Notes: generated by a model not told the origin, from the letters alone. Positions 34,973-44,734 are shown, counted from the stretch's first letter. The stretch: 64,000 nucleotides of DNA from Anaerolineae bacterium (GCA_046328525.1 JAXLWK010000005.1:138947-202946), one strand, 5' to 3'. Numbers and translations: made by a program.

Positions 34973-35073
34973 CTGTCAACGGATATCAAACGGATAAACG
35001 GATACAGGCCCATAGCCATCAGCCTTCCACCAGGCGACACAATCCGTTAATCCGTTCCCCTATCCGTTGACAG
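34973..35073. repeat. long inverted repeat built from triple AACGGATA units
   Basis: ctgtcaacggatatcaaacggataaacggata (34973-35004) faces aatccgttaatccgttcccctatccgttgacag (35041-35073). The right arm overlaps the last codons and stop of the flavoprotein gene. Confidence 0.7.
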
Positions 35074-36526
35074 TCGGTTCAAAGGCCATCCCGTCCCTCG
35101 CCAACCGCCCCACCTGGCTGTGCGCCCAGGCCGGGTCTTCGGCGGGGTAGTCGGCGCGGATGTGCGCGCCGCGACTCTCGGTGCGGCGGCGGGCGAACGC
35201 CAGCGCCATCTGGGCCATGAGTTGCGCATCCGACGGCGCAAGCGCCTCGAGCGCAGTCGCCAGCCGCGCCATGCCGGCCGCGTCGCGCACAATGCCCATC
35301 CCCTCCCACACCAGCCGCTGCAACGCCGCGAAGTCGGCGCGTTCCGGGACGATCTCGCCCGGCCATGCCTCGGCCATCTCCTGCTCGCTCGCCGCTGTGA
35401 CACCGGCGGCCTCGTCCCCGGCGTGGCAGCCGAACACCAGGCAGTCGGTGAGGGAGTTGCTGCCGTGGCGGTTCGCGCCGTGGACGCCGGCGGCCACCTC
35501 GCCCGCCGCGAACAGCCGCGCCAGGGACGTGCGGGCGTGGGCGTCAATCGCCACGCCGCCCATGCAGTGATGGGCGATGGGCGCGACGCGGGCGGGCCGA
35601 TGCTCCCAGTCCCAGTCGTAGCGGCGCAGGTACACCAGGGAGAACCACTTGTCGGCCTGGCTCCAGTCGCAGCCCGTGGCGTCGAACACGACCGGCGCCC
35701 GCGCGTTCTCCTCGTGGACGATGCGCGACAGGTCGTCCCGCGCCGCGCCGACGACCTCGTTGAGGCTGCGCCCACCGAAGCGCTCGGCCAACAGGTCGTG
35801 GCCGTCCTGGGTGAGCAGCCTGGCGCCGGGCGCAAAGGGGCGGAAGAGCATGAACGTCGGCAGGCTCGGCTCGGCGGTGGCGATGGGGTAGAACTGCACG
35901 AACTCCAGATCGCGCACCCGCGCCCCGGCCCGCGCCGCCATGACGACGCCCGCGCCCATCGGGTCGCCGGGGTTGTCGTGGCGGGCGAAGAGGCCGGCGT
36001 AGCCGCCGGTCGCCAGGACCGTCGCCGAAGCGTGGATCGGGCGCAATCCGTCGCCAGCCTCGACGAGCGCCCCGACCACCGCGCCGTCCCGCGTCAGCAG
36101 CCGCCGCACCGGCCAGGGATGCGCCTCGATGCGCCCCTCGCGGGCGACGGCCTCGGCGACCTTCGCCGTGATGAGCGCCCCGCCGCCGGGACTGAAGTAG
36201 CCCTGCCCCCCCTTGTCCTTGACACTGAGCTTGAAGCCCATCGTCTCTTCGAGCCACTCGCGACACGCCGGCGCGTCGCGGCTCAGGGTGTCCACCAGCG
36301 ACGGCTCGTTGATGCCGTGGCCGACCGCCAGCGTCAGGTCGTAGTGCGCCTGGCGGGTGATGTTCGGCCCGGCGATGAGCAGCCCGCCGCCGGACGCGGC
36401 GCTGTTGCCCATGGCGCCCGGCGCGGCCCGCGCCAGGAGCCGCACCTGCGCCCCCGCCTGCGCCGCGCGCAGCGCCGCCGTCATCCCGGCCAGCCCGCCG
36501 CCGATGACCAGCACGTCGTGGGTCAT
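35060..36526 (-). CDS. FAD-dependent oxidoreductase of the fumarate reductase/succinate dehydrogenase/L-aspartate oxidase flavoprotein family
   Basis: DVLVIGGGLAGMTAALRAAQAG dinucleotide fold, HHCMGGVAID, ANRHGSNSLTDCLVFG and RRTESRGAHIRADYP. The usual FHPT is FYPI here. The ATG overlaps the cofC stop (ATGA). Confidence 0.85.
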   Translation of the reverse strand: MTHDVLVIGGGLAGMTAALRAAQAGAQVRLLARAAPGAMGNSAASGGGLLIAGPNITRQAHYDLTLAVGHGINEPSLVDTLSRDAPACREWLEETMGFKLSVKDKGGQGYFSPGGGALITAKVAEAVAREGRIEAHPWPVRRLLTRDGAVVGALVEAGDGLRPIHASATVLATGGYAGLFARHDNPGDPMGAGVVMAARAGARVRDLEFVQFYPIATAEPSLPTFMLFRPFAPGARLLTQDGHDLLAERFGGRSLNEVVGAARDDLSRIVHEENARAPVVFDATGCDWSQADKWFSLVYLRRYDWDWEHRPARVAPIAHHCMGGVAIDAHARTSLARLFAAGEVAAGVHGANRHGSNSLTDCLVFGCHAGDEAAGVTAASEQEMAEAWPGEIVPERADFAALQRLVWEGMGIVRDAAGMARLATALEALAPSDAQLMAQMALAFARRRTESRGAHIRADYPAEDPAWAHSQVGRLARDGMAFEPTVNG

Positions 36527-37131
36527 CCCTCACCTCCTGGCACAATCCCCGCCTCCGCCAGGTCGGCCGAGGTGTCTATATCGAAGGCGAGGTCGCGGCT
36601 GTAGAACACAGCGACGGCCAGCCCCTCGGACGCGGCGGCGGCCAGGTGACGCGCCAGGCTCTCGACGCCGAAAGCCGGCTGGAGGCGGAACGGGCGCACG
36701 ACGAGCAGGGCGTTCGTGCCGTGGCCCCAGCGATCCGGGGCGATCAACACATCGGTGCCGTCCTGGCTGGCGTCGTCTATGAGCAAGTCCAGGGCCTCGC
36801 TGCTCAGGAAGGGCAAGTCCATCGGGAGAAGCAGGGCGTGGGTCACCTCGGACGGCAGGCGTTCCAGCGCCAGCGCCAGGCTCTCGTTCAGGTCGTGGCC
36901 CGGCTCCTCGACGTATTGGGCGCTGTGGCGCGCGGCCAGCTCCCGCACCGCCTCGTCGCCGCCGACGACCCAGACGCTGTCAATGCCGTGGGCGGCGCTG
37001 AGGGCCGTCAGGACGCGCTCCAGCAGCCGCGCCGCTACGTCCGCTCGCTCGGCGTCGCTCAGGGTATCGCCCAGGCGCGTCTTGGCGCGGGCCAGGGGCT
37101 TGGCCGGCACGATGGCGGCGATGCGGCTCAT
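36523..37131 (-). CDS. cofC: 2-phospho-L-lactate/phosphoenolpyruvate guanylyltransferase (CofC/FbiD)
   Basis: AIVPAKPLARAKTRLGDTLSDAERADVAARLLERVL...LLLPMDLPFLS...DRWGHGTNAL. ATGA overlap with the cofD stop. Confidence 0.85.
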   Translation of the reverse strand: MSRIAAIVPAKPLARAKTRLGDTLSDAERADVAARLLERVLTALSAAHGIDSVWVVGGDEAVRELAARHSAQYVEEPGHDLNESLALALERLPSEVTHALLLPMDLPFLSSEALDLLIDDASQDGTDVLIAPDRWGHGTNALLVVRPFRLQPAFGVESLARHLAAAASEGLAVAVFYSRDLAFDIDTSADLAEAGIVPGGEG

Positions 37132-38048
37132 AGCCGGCCCAGGATCTCGCCGGCCAGCCGCGCCTTGTCCTCGGCGGTGGTCATCAGCGTGTCGGTGACG
37201 TGGACGCGCAGGCCTAGCGCCTCGATCTGGGGGCGTAGCGCCGCGTCGCGCTCGTCGAGGACGAAGGTGTCCAGGAAGTCGCGGTAGAGGCCGGCGACGG
37301 ACACGGCGTTCGGCTCCAGCCCGGCCCAGCGCATCATGGCGACGGTCGGCCCCTTGACGGCCTGCCCCTCGATCAGCGGCGTGACGGCGACGCGGTGGGC
37401 GCGGCTCTGGCGCAGGGCGTCGCGGACGCCGGGCACGCCCAGGATGGGGCCGACGCTGACGATGGGGTTGGACGGCGTGACGATGATGGCGTCCGCCTCG
37501 GCCAGCGCCTCCCGCAGCGGCGGCGAGGGGCGCGCGTCGGCCAGCCCACGCAGCTCGATGCCCAGCACGTCCGGCGCGCAGCGCTCACGGACGAAGTACT
37601 CCTGGAAGTGCAACTTGCCCAGCGGCGTGTCCACGTAGGTCGCGACCGAATCGTCGGTCATGGGGATGATGCGCACAGCGACGCCGAGGCGGCGGCGCAG
37701 ATCGTCGGTCACGGCGCTGAGGGGATGTCCCTGGCGCAGGGCCTCGGTACGCAGGATGTTGGTGGCGAGGTCGAGGTCGCCCAGGTTGAACCAGGTCTCC
37801 GCGCCGTAGCGCCCAAACATCTCCATGGCGCTCCACGTCTCGTCCTGCAAGCCCCAGCCGCGGTCGAGGCTGGCGAGACCGGCCAGGGTGTACATGACGG
37901 TGTCAACGTCGGGCGAGATGTGCAGGCCGAAGTGGTCGAAGTCGTCGCCGGTGTTGACGACGATGGCAAGGGTCGTGGCGGGAACGTGGGCGGCGAGGCC
38001 CTGGACGAGCTTCGCCCCGCCGACGCCGCCGGAGAGGGCCAGTATCAT
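37128..38048 (-). CDS. cofD: 2-phospho-L-lactate transferase (CofD/FbiA)
   Basis: MILALSGGVGGAKLVQGL...VVNTGDDFDHFGLHISPDVDTVMYTLAG...IVTPSNPIVSVGPIL. ATG at 38048. Confidence 0.9.
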   Translation of the reverse strand: MILALSGGVGGAKLVQGLAAHVPATTLAIVVNTGDDFDHFGLHISPDVDTVMYTLAGLASLDRGWGLQDETWSAMEMFGRYGAETWFNLGDLDLATNILRTEALRQGHPLSAVTDDLRRRLGVAVRIIPMTDDSVATYVDTPLGKLHFQEYFVRERCAPDVLGIELRGLADARPSPPLREALAEADAIIVTPSNPIVSVGPILGVPGVRDALRQSRAHRVAVTPLIEGQAVKGPTVAMMRWAGLEPNAVSVAGLYRDFLDTFVLDERDAALRPQIEALGLRVHVTDTLMTTAEDKARLAGEILGRL

Positions 38049-38132
38049 GCGCGGGTATCCTTTCGCCGTGGGTCTGTATATGATACGCCCGCCGCGCAAA
38101 GATACGGAAATCAAACGCACGCCGGGCCGGCT

Positions 38133-38481
38133 GGACCACGAAACACGCGAAAGGGGCGAAACGCGCGAAAGTTCGGCATGGACTTGTGTCCACCAGACAA
38201 GTGAACACGGCTGTCAGCGCGAACACCATGTCCGCCCGCCGCTGAAGCAGCGGGCTACGAATGGAAGCCTGAGAGGCTGCGGCTCCGGCTCCGCCAGCCC
38301 CTTGGGCTTGCATCCTTAGCCGTAGGCTTGAGCCTACGGCGGACCGGCGCCGCGAGCCGCCCAAGGTTATTTTCAGAGGAGCGAAGCGGCTCGCGCGATT
38401 GCGCGGCCCGCGTTCCCTTGTGCGGTGATTTCGCCAAATGGCATCACACCGCCGCGCCCCCTTTCGCGCGTCTCGCGGTCC
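38133..38481. repeat. CGCGAAAGG-type MITE arms enclosing other repeat material
   Basis: The left arm is ggaccacgaaacacgcgaaaggggcgaaacgcgcgaaag. The right arm is ctttcgcgcgtctcgcggtcc. The interior contains gctgaagcagcgggctacgaa and ggttattttcagag motifs shared with 1990-2030. Confidence 0.6.
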
Positions 38482-38564
38482 AACCGTCCCCGTCCCCCCC
38501 CCCCGCAAAAACGAGCCTGCCCCGCGCTCGGCGGGGCAGGCCCTCTCCTCAGTGGCTCTGGTGT

Positions 38565-39398
38565 TCAGCTGGGAATCGGCCTGCAGGTAGTCGCGCCGAC
38601 GCAGAGGTGGTACGCGATGTCCATCGTCATCTCAAACTCCGTCGTGAAGCGACCGTGGAAGTGGATGATGTGGTCGCCGGCCGTCAGGGGGGCGAGCATC
38701 ACGTAGTAGCCATCCGCCACCGAGACCGCCGTACATTTGCCGCCCAGGCAGACCAGGCCCGGGAAGGACACAGGTCCGCTGCTGTCGGTGCACTTGGGGC
38801 TGAGACTCCCGATGCACCTGAGGTTGTAGAGGTTGTCGGTGGCCCACATCGTGTAGAAGAATACGGGCGAGGGGGTGCGATAGATCTGGGCGTCCGGGAT
38901 CGGGACGCCATCCACGCTCATGCTGCGGTCCGTCGTGTGGTCGGCGATGCTTTTCGCAATCTGGCCTAGCTGGACGATGCTGGCGGGCGGCGCCATTGCC
39001 TCCTCATCCCACTCGACATTCACGATGGGAATCAACAATGCCTTCCCCAGAGGCACAGCGCAGTCGCGGTGGACGCCCTCGCCTGGGCCGCCCAGAGCGC
39101 CCCCCAGGAAAAAGACCGGCCCGGATTGGTCGGTGCCGCAGGGGGCGGGCGTCGAGAGGTTGGTGTTGAGCGGGCTTTTCGAGTACTTGGTTCCGATTGC
39201 CCACTGCCACCACTTGACGCTCCACTGGCCGTACGACAGACCGTAGGGGTTGGAGCTTGGCGGCAAGACTCGGGCGGCCGTCTTGCCCTGGGCCTGGGCG
39301 GGCTGCGCGCCGATGAGGCCCGCCATCAGCGCGACGAGCACCACAACCACGGCGAGGGCGGCCAGGAGCCGCCAGCGATTCGTGTTACCGTGCAACAT
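38565..39398 (-). CDS. secreted hypothetical protein (277 aa, Cys-rich)
   Basis: Signal peptide ending AQPAQAQG, good third-position G/C bias, and the motif YGQWSVKWWQWA. No family assigned. Confidence 0.7.
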   Translation of the reverse strand: MLHGNTNRWRLLAALAVVVVLVALMAGLIGAQPAQAQGKTAARVLPPSSNPYGLSYGQWSVKWWQWAIGTKYSKSPLNTNLSTPAPCGTDQSGPVFFLGGALGGPGEGVHRDCAVPLGKALLIPIVNVEWDEEAMAPPASIVQLGQIAKSIADHTTDRSMSVDGVPIPDAQIYRTPSPVFFYTMWATDNLYNLRCIGSLSPKCTDSSGPVSFPGLVCLGGKCTAVSVADGYYVMLAPLTAGDHIIHFHGRFTTEFEMTMDIAYHLCVGATTCRPIPS

Positions 39399-39652
39399 GG
39401 CCTTGTTCCTTTCTTTCTGATTCGTGTCACGACTGCGAGGGTTGGTCTCGAACAGGCTGGGCAGGGGCGATCATTCCCCCTGGCTCTATCAAAGCACAAT
39501 CGAAGGGCAGTTCATATCCGCTTTGCGGTACAAAAAGCGGTAGTGCCCGGTGTGGCGAAACGCTTGCCTGGTATCCGTGAAAGCGTTATACTTGCACCGG
39601 CGCCAGGGTATGATCCTCTCTTATAGAGGACGTAAGCGGTTGCCGAGTCTCT

Positions 39653-39732
39653 GGACCACGAAGGTCACGAAAAGGCGCGAAAGGCGCGAAAAGCATGCGC
39701 CAAGCGGCTACTTTTCGCGCCTTTCGTGGTCC
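39653..39732. repeat. MITE-like element with GGACCACGAAAG terminal inverted repeats
   Basis: ggaccacgaaggtcacgaaaaggcgcgaaaggcgcgaaaagc ... acttttcgcgcctttcgtggtcc. Confidence 0.8.
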
Positions 39733-39766
39733 CATATTTGTCCGCCCGCAAAGGTGATCCCTCCCC

Positions 39767-40741
39767 ATGAAAACGTACCGTCTCCCGAACACCGACCTGG
39801 ACGTCTCCCGCATCGCCCACGGCTGCATGACCCTCGGCGGCCTGTGGAACAGCCCGACCTATTCCGCCGAAACCCACGCCCAGGCCGTCCGCGTTATCGG
39901 CGCCGCCCTCGACCACGGCATCAACTTCTTCGACCACGCCGACATCTACGGGCGTGGCAAGTCGGAGAGCGTCTTCGGCGACGTCCTGGCGGACATGCCC
40001 GGCGTGCGCCAGCGCATCATCATCCAGACCAAGTGTGGCATTCGCTTCCGCGGCGACCCCGGCCCCGACGACCCCGGCCGCTACGACTTCAGCTACGAGT
40101 ACATCGTCGGCTCCGTCGAGGGCAGCCTGCGCCGCCTGCGTACCGACGTCATTGACATCCTCCTGCTGCACCGCCCCGACGCCCTGATGGAGCCGGCCGA
40201 GGTCGCCCGCGCCTTCGCGGCCCTACACAGCAGCGGCAAGGTGCGCTACTTCGGTGTCAGCAACTTCAACGGCGCTCAGATCGCCCTGCTCCAGAAGCAT
40301 CTCGACCGGCCCCTTGTCGCCAACCAGCTCGAGCTGAACCTCCTCCACAACGACCTCATCAACGACGGCGTCGTCGTGGATGTCGAGGGCGACTCGTATA
40401 GCGCCGTGCCGGGCGTCCTCGACTATTGCCGCCTCCACGACATCCTGATCCAGGCGTGGTCGCCGGTCGCGCGCGGCCACGTCATCGAGGCCCCTGAAGA
40501 CGCCGACGCCCGCGTGCGGGCGTCGGCGGGAGCCGTGGCGCGGCTGGCCGAGGCGAAGGGCGTCAGCCGCGAGGCCATCGCCCTGGCGTGGCTCCTGCGC
40601 CACCCGGCCGGCATCCAGCCCGTCATCGGCACGACGAACGTCGAGCGCATCGCCGCCAGCGCCCAGGCCGACGATGTGGAGCTGACGCGCTCCGAGTGGT
40701 ACAGCCTGTTTACCGCCGGCCGCGGCGGCCCGGTGCCCTGA
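39767..40741 (+). CDS. aldo/keto reductase
   Basis: GINFFDHADIYGRGKSESVFG, IIQTKCG and NQLELNLLH are typical AKR motifs. Confidence 0.88.
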   Translation: MKTYRLPNTDLDVSRIAHGCMTLGGLWNSPTYSAETHAQAVRVIGAALDHGINFFDHADIYGRGKSESVFGDVLADMPGVRQRIIIQTKCGIRFRGDPGPDDPGRYDFSYEYIVGSVEGSLRRLRTDVIDILLLHRPDALMEPAEVARAFAALHSSGKVRYFGVSNFNGAQIALLQKHLDRPLVANQLELNLLHNDLINDGVVVDVEGDSYSAVPGVLDYCRLHDILIQAWSPVARGHVIEAPEDADARVRASAGAVARLAEAKGVSREAIALAWLLRHPAGIQPVIGTTNVERIAASAQADDVELTRSEWYSLFTAGRGGPVP

Positions 40742-40744
40742 CCC

Positions 40745-41248
40745 ATGCCCGGCGACATCATCCTGCGCCCGGCGACCCTCGACGACCTGTCCCACATCGT
40801 CGCCATGGACCGCGACCTGTTCGCCGAGCATGGCACCGAGGAAGACCCGGCGATCATTCGCGCCCGGCTGGAGGTGTTTCCGGCCGGGTGCGTCGTGCTG
40901 GAAGAGCGGGCCGACGATGGGCCGGCGCGGTTCGTGGGCTATCTGACGACGGAGAAGTGGGCCGAGGAGCGCGAGCCGACACTCGACGAGGACCCGCGCG
41001 TGACCCACACGCCGACCGGCCGCGTCCTCAACATCACGACCCTGGCGGTGGGCCGCGCCGACCAGGGGGGCGGGCTGGGGGCGCGCCTGCTGACGTTCGC
41101 GGAGGACCTGGCGGGGCGGGAGGGTTGCGAGGCCATCATCCTGGAGACGGAGCAGGCCGAGCGCTTCTACCAACGCCGTGGCTTCGAAACGCTGGGCGAG
41201 CGGCGGCAGCGCAGCGCGCACCTGATCGTCATGCGCAAGCGCCTCTGA
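40745..41248 (+). CDS. GNAT family N-acetyltransferase
   Basis: LAVGRADQGGGLGARLLTFAEDLAGREG...FYQRRGF. Confidence 0.8.
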   Translation: MPGDIILRPATLDDLSHIVAMDRDLFAEHGTEEDPAIIRARLEVFPAGCVVLEERADDGPARFVGYLTTEKWAEEREPTLDEDPRVTHTPTGRVLNITTLAVGRADQGGGLGARLLTFAEDLAGREGCEAIILETEQAERFYQRRGFETLGERRQRSAHLIVMRKRL

Positions 41249-41320
41249 TCGCCTTCCGTTCTTCCTCTACATGCGCCAGGCCCACCTCGACGCTAAGGCG
41301 ACGTCGAGGTAGCCGCAGCG

Positions 41321-42277
41321 CTATTTGCCGGACAGGCCCGCCACGACGGGGGCAAAGGTGTCCAGGACGCTATCCGACACGGTGTAGTACGAGAAGCCAT
41401 AGGTCTCGCGCCGCGCCAGCACGTCTTCGACCATCTGCTCGACGCTGCCGATGAGCACCGACGGCATCGCCCACATGTCCTCGACGCTCACGCCGGCCCA
41501 TCCGCGCTCGGCGATGAGTTGCTCGGTGCGTTCCCGCCGCCGATCGGTCAGGATGACCGTCGGGATGAGGTTCAACTCGATCTGCCCGAAGCGTTCCCCG
41601 GCCCCTTGGCGAATCCACTCGATCTTCTGCATCACCGCGTCCGGCAGGCGTTCCGCCGTGTTGTCCACCACCGTCCCGCTCGCCACCGACGTGGTCAACA
41701 CGCTGACGATGTCGGCCTCGCGCCCCGCCAGCCGCAGCATGCGCGACTGCCCGGCGCCGACGAGAATAGGCGGGTGCGGGCGCTGCGCCGGTTTCGGCAC
41801 ACCGTCGAGCGCGGCCACCCCGTAGTGCTGCCCCTGGAAGGTTAGCGGCTCGGCGGCCCACAGCCCCTTGATCACCTTGAGCGCCTCCTCCAGCCGACTG
41901 ATGCGCACGCCCGCCGACTCGAACGCCATGCCGGCCTGGGCGTACTCCCCACGCTGCCAGCCGGCGCCGATGCCCAGCTCGAGCCGACCGCCGGACAGGA
42001 CGTCGAGCGTGGCCGCCTCCTTGGCGAGCATCACCGGATGGCGGTAGTCGTTGTCAATGACGAGCGTCCCGACGCGCAGCCTCTGCGTGCGCATAGCGGC
42101 GGCGGTCAACGCCACGAGCGGCGCGTACTGGTCGCCGAAGAAGTCGGGGATGAAGTGGTCGCGGAGCAAGAAGGTGTCGTAGCCCAGCTCTTCGACGCAG
42201 CGAACGTGGTCGAGCCAGCCCTCGCGCGGATACAGCGCCTCATTGATGACGCCGAAACGGAACGGCCGATGCGACAT
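41321..42277 (-). CDS. luciferase-like (LLM class) oxidoreductase, probably F420-dependent
   Basis: FRFGV...TLDVLSGGRLELGIGAGWQRGEY...QRPHPPILVGAGQSRMLRLAGREADIV. SD GGGAGG. Confidence 0.8.
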   Translation of the reverse strand: MSHRPFRFGVINEALYPREGWLDHVRCVEELGYDTFLLRDHFIPDFFGDQYAPLVALTAAAMRTQRLRVGTLVIDNDYRHPVMLAKEAATLDVLSGGRLELGIGAGWQRGEYAQAGMAFESAGVRISRLEEALKVIKGLWAAEPLTFQGQHYGVAALDGVPKPAQRPHPPILVGAGQSRMLRLAGREADIVSVLTTSVASGTVVDNTAERLPDAVMQKIEWIRQGAGERFGQIELNLIPTVILTDRRRERTEQLIAERGWAGVSVEDMWAMPSVLIGSVEQMVEDVLARRETYGFSYYTVSDSVLDTFAPVVAGLSGK

Positions 42278-42475
42278 GGATGCCTCCCATTCTCTCGCGG
42301 ATTGTTGTTGCCGACAGCATACCCCAGAACGCGGCCCGCCTCTATCCGAAGCTTGCGCTCTAAATCAGACGTGTGCGGATCCGGGCGCACTAGACGTTCT
42401 CGCGTCAGGCACGTAGAATTGAGGGACCGCCTGTCACCGGCGACGATGCCGATACCCATTTCCAGGAGGATGCCG

Positions 42476-44080
42476 ATGCTCTACCGTAGCCCGATCCCCG
42501 ACGTAGACATCCCCGTGATGCCGCTCACCGACTTTGTGTTCCGCGATGTGGCGCAGCGCGCCGACAAGCCCGCCATGATTGACGCGCCCACCGGCCGCAC
42601 GTACACCTACGCCCAGCTTTTTGGCGCGGCGCAGCGTCTGGCCGCCGGTCTCGCGGCGCGCGGCTTCAAGAAGGGCGACGTGTTTGGCGTCTACCTGCCC
42701 AACCTGCCGGAGTACGCCATCGTCTTCCACGGCGTGGCCCTGGCCGGCGGTGTCCTGACCACGGTGAACCCGCTGTACACGGCCCACGAGCTGGCGATGC
42801 AGATGCGCGACTCGGGCGCAAAGTATCTCCTGACCATCCCGCTCTTCCTCGACAACGCGAAAAAGGCGGCGGCGGAGAGCGGCCTCGAAGAAGTCTTCGT
42901 TCTGGGCGAGGCGGAGGGCGCGACGCCGTTCATGGCCCTGCTCCAAAACACCGCCCCTGTGCCCCAGGTTGCCATTGACCCGAAGAACGACCTGGTCGTC
43001 CTGCCCTACTCCAGCGGCACGACCGGCCTGCCCAAGGGCGTCATGCTGAGCCACTACAACCTGGTCGCCAACTTGATGCAAATCGAGGGCATGACGGTAG
43101 GGGAAGTCCAGTTCAACGGGAGCGACACCATGCTGGGCCTCCTGCCCTTCTACCATATCTACGGCATGGTGTGCATCATGAACACAGGTCTGGCCCTCGG
43201 TGCGACCGTTGTCACCATGCCCCGCTTCGACATGGAACCGTTCTTGCAGACAATCCAGAACTACAAGATCACCTGGGCCAACCTCGTTCCGCCCCTTGTC
43301 CTGGCCCTGGCAAAACACCCGCTTGTGGACAAATACGACCTGTCGAGCCTCAAGAGCATTTCCTCCGGCGCCGCGCCTCTGGGCAAGGAGGTCGAACAGG
43401 CGGTCGAAGCGCGCCTCGGCTGCCTGGCGACCCAGGGCTACGGCCTGACCGAAACCAGCCCCGTCACCCATTTTGAGCCGCGCCTGCCCAACCGCGACAA
43501 GCCCGGCAGCATCGGCATCCTGATCCCGAACACCGCGGCCCAGATCGTAGATCTCGCCAGCGGAGAGGCGCTTGGCCCCGGCGCGCAGGGTGAGCTGTGG
43601 ATCCGCGGGCCGCAGGTCATGCAGGGCTACCACCACAACCCCGAGGCGACGGCCCGCACCGTTGACGCGGACGGCTGGCTGCACACGGGCGACGTGGCCG
43701 TCGCCGACGCCGACGGCTACTTCTGGATCCTGGACCGCATCAAGGAGCTAATCAAGTACAAGGGCCTGCAGGTGGCGCCGGCCGAGCTTGAGGCCGTGCT
43801 CGTGTCGCATCCGGCCGTCGCCGACGCCGCCGTTATCGGCCGCCCCGACCCGGAAGCGGGCGAGATTCCAAAGGCGTTCGTCGTGCGCAAGGCCCCTGTC
43901 GAAGCTGATGAGCTGATGGCCTTCGTCGCCGAACGTGTCGCCCCTCACAAGAAGATTCGCTTCGTGGAGTTCGTGGACGTTCTGCCGCGCACGGCATCCG
44001 GCAAAATCCTACGCCGCGACCTCCTGGAGCAGGAGCGCGCCAGGATGGGCGCGGAGGGGTCGGGCGCGGCGGCCGACTAA
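42476..44080 (+). CDS. AMP-dependent acyl-CoA synthetase/ligase (4-coumarate-CoA-ligase-like)
   Basis: LPYSSGTTGLPKGVMLSHYN AMP-binding motif, GYGLTETS, WLHTGD and PRTASGKILRR. ATG 42476 lies 6 nt after CAGGAGG. The track ORF start at 42038 is upstream read-through. Confidence 0.88.
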   Translation: MLYRSPIPDVDIPVMPLTDFVFRDVAQRADKPAMIDAPTGRTYTYAQLFGAAQRLAAGLAARGFKKGDVFGVYLPNLPEYAIVFHGVALAGGVLTTVNPLYTAHELAMQMRDSGAKYLLTIPLFLDNAKKAAAESGLEEVFVLGEAEGATPFMALLQNTAPVPQVAIDPKNDLVVLPYSSGTTGLPKGVMLSHYNLVANLMQIEGMTVGEVQFNGSDTMLGLLPFYHIYGMVCIMNTGLALGATVVTMPRFDMEPFLQTIQNYKITWANLVPPLVLALAKHPLVDKYDLSSLKSISSGAAPLGKEVEQAVEARLGCLATQGYGLTETSPVTHFEPRLPNRDKPGSIGILIPNTAAQIVDLASGEALGPGAQGELWIRGPQVMQGYHHNPEATARTVDADGWLHTGDVAVADADGYFWILDRIKELIKYKGLQVAPAELEAVLVSHPAVADAAVIGRPDPEAGEIPKAFVVRKAPVEADELMAFVAERVAPHKKIRFVEFVDVLPRTASGKILRRDLLEQERARMGAEGSGAAAD

Positions 44081-44140
44081 CGATCGGCGACGCAGACAGC
44101 CGACCTCGGCATATAGGTAGGGTGGGAGACCGGGACTGTG

Positions 44141-44734
44141 ATGACGCAGGTGATGAGCGACACAATAGACGGCCACACGTTTGACGGCCTGCCCGTGCGC
44201 ACCGGCGACATCCTCTGCACGCAGGACGGCGCGCCGGGCAGCCTGTTCGGCGAGATATGGCGGCAGCTCGGCCGCGTCGTCCCCGGCGAGATTGACCACG
44301 TCGTGCTGTACGTCGGTCCGGGCGGCCGCTGCGTCGAGTCGGGTGTGCGGGGTGTCATCGTCTTCGACATGCCGGGCGAGGCATGGGACGCCCCGGCGCT
44401 TGCCTGGCAGCGCATCCTTTACGACACCCTCGTCGGCGCGGCGTACCCCCTGGCCGGCCGCGGCCTCTCGCCGGATGAGGAGGGGCGCATCCGTCGCGGC
44501 GTCGCCGACTACTGTCTGACCCAGGCCGAGATGCACCGTGGCTACAACCTCAATATCTTCGACCTGGACACGACGGGCGCGTTCTATTGCAGTCAGCTCC
44601 TCTACCACGCCTACCTGCGCTACGGCATTGACCTCAACAGCAACGTGGCCGTGCCGACGGCCCTCGGCCTGGACCGCATCGTGTTCCCCGAGGAAATCTG
44701 GCGCGCCTGCCCCACCCGCCGCCGACTGACATGA
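44141..44734 (+). CDS. permuted papain-fold (YiiX/NlpC-P60-like) protein
   Basis: The His-before-Cys arrangement (IDHVVLYVGPGG ... GAFYCSQLLYHAY) is typical of the YiiX/DUF830 family. The stop overlaps the next start (ATGA). Confidence 0.6.
   Translation: MTQVMSDTIDGHTFDGLPVRTGDILCTQDGAPGSLFGEIWRQLGRVVPGEIDHVVLYVGPGGRCVESGVRGVIVFDMPGEAWDAPALAWQRILYDTLVGAAYPLAGRGLSPDEEGRIRRGVADYCLTQAEMHRGYNLNIFDLDTTGAFYCSQLLYHAYLRYGIDLNSNVAVPTALGLDRIVFPEEIWRACPTRRRLT

Noticed and set aside
35060-36526. Naming the flavoprotein nadB (L-aspartate oxidase)
   Set aside because: The family membership is clear. The protein is shorter than typical NadB, has FYPI in place of FHPT, and is translationally coupled to cofC/cofD and not to nadA/nadC. 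I therefore left the gene symbol empty.
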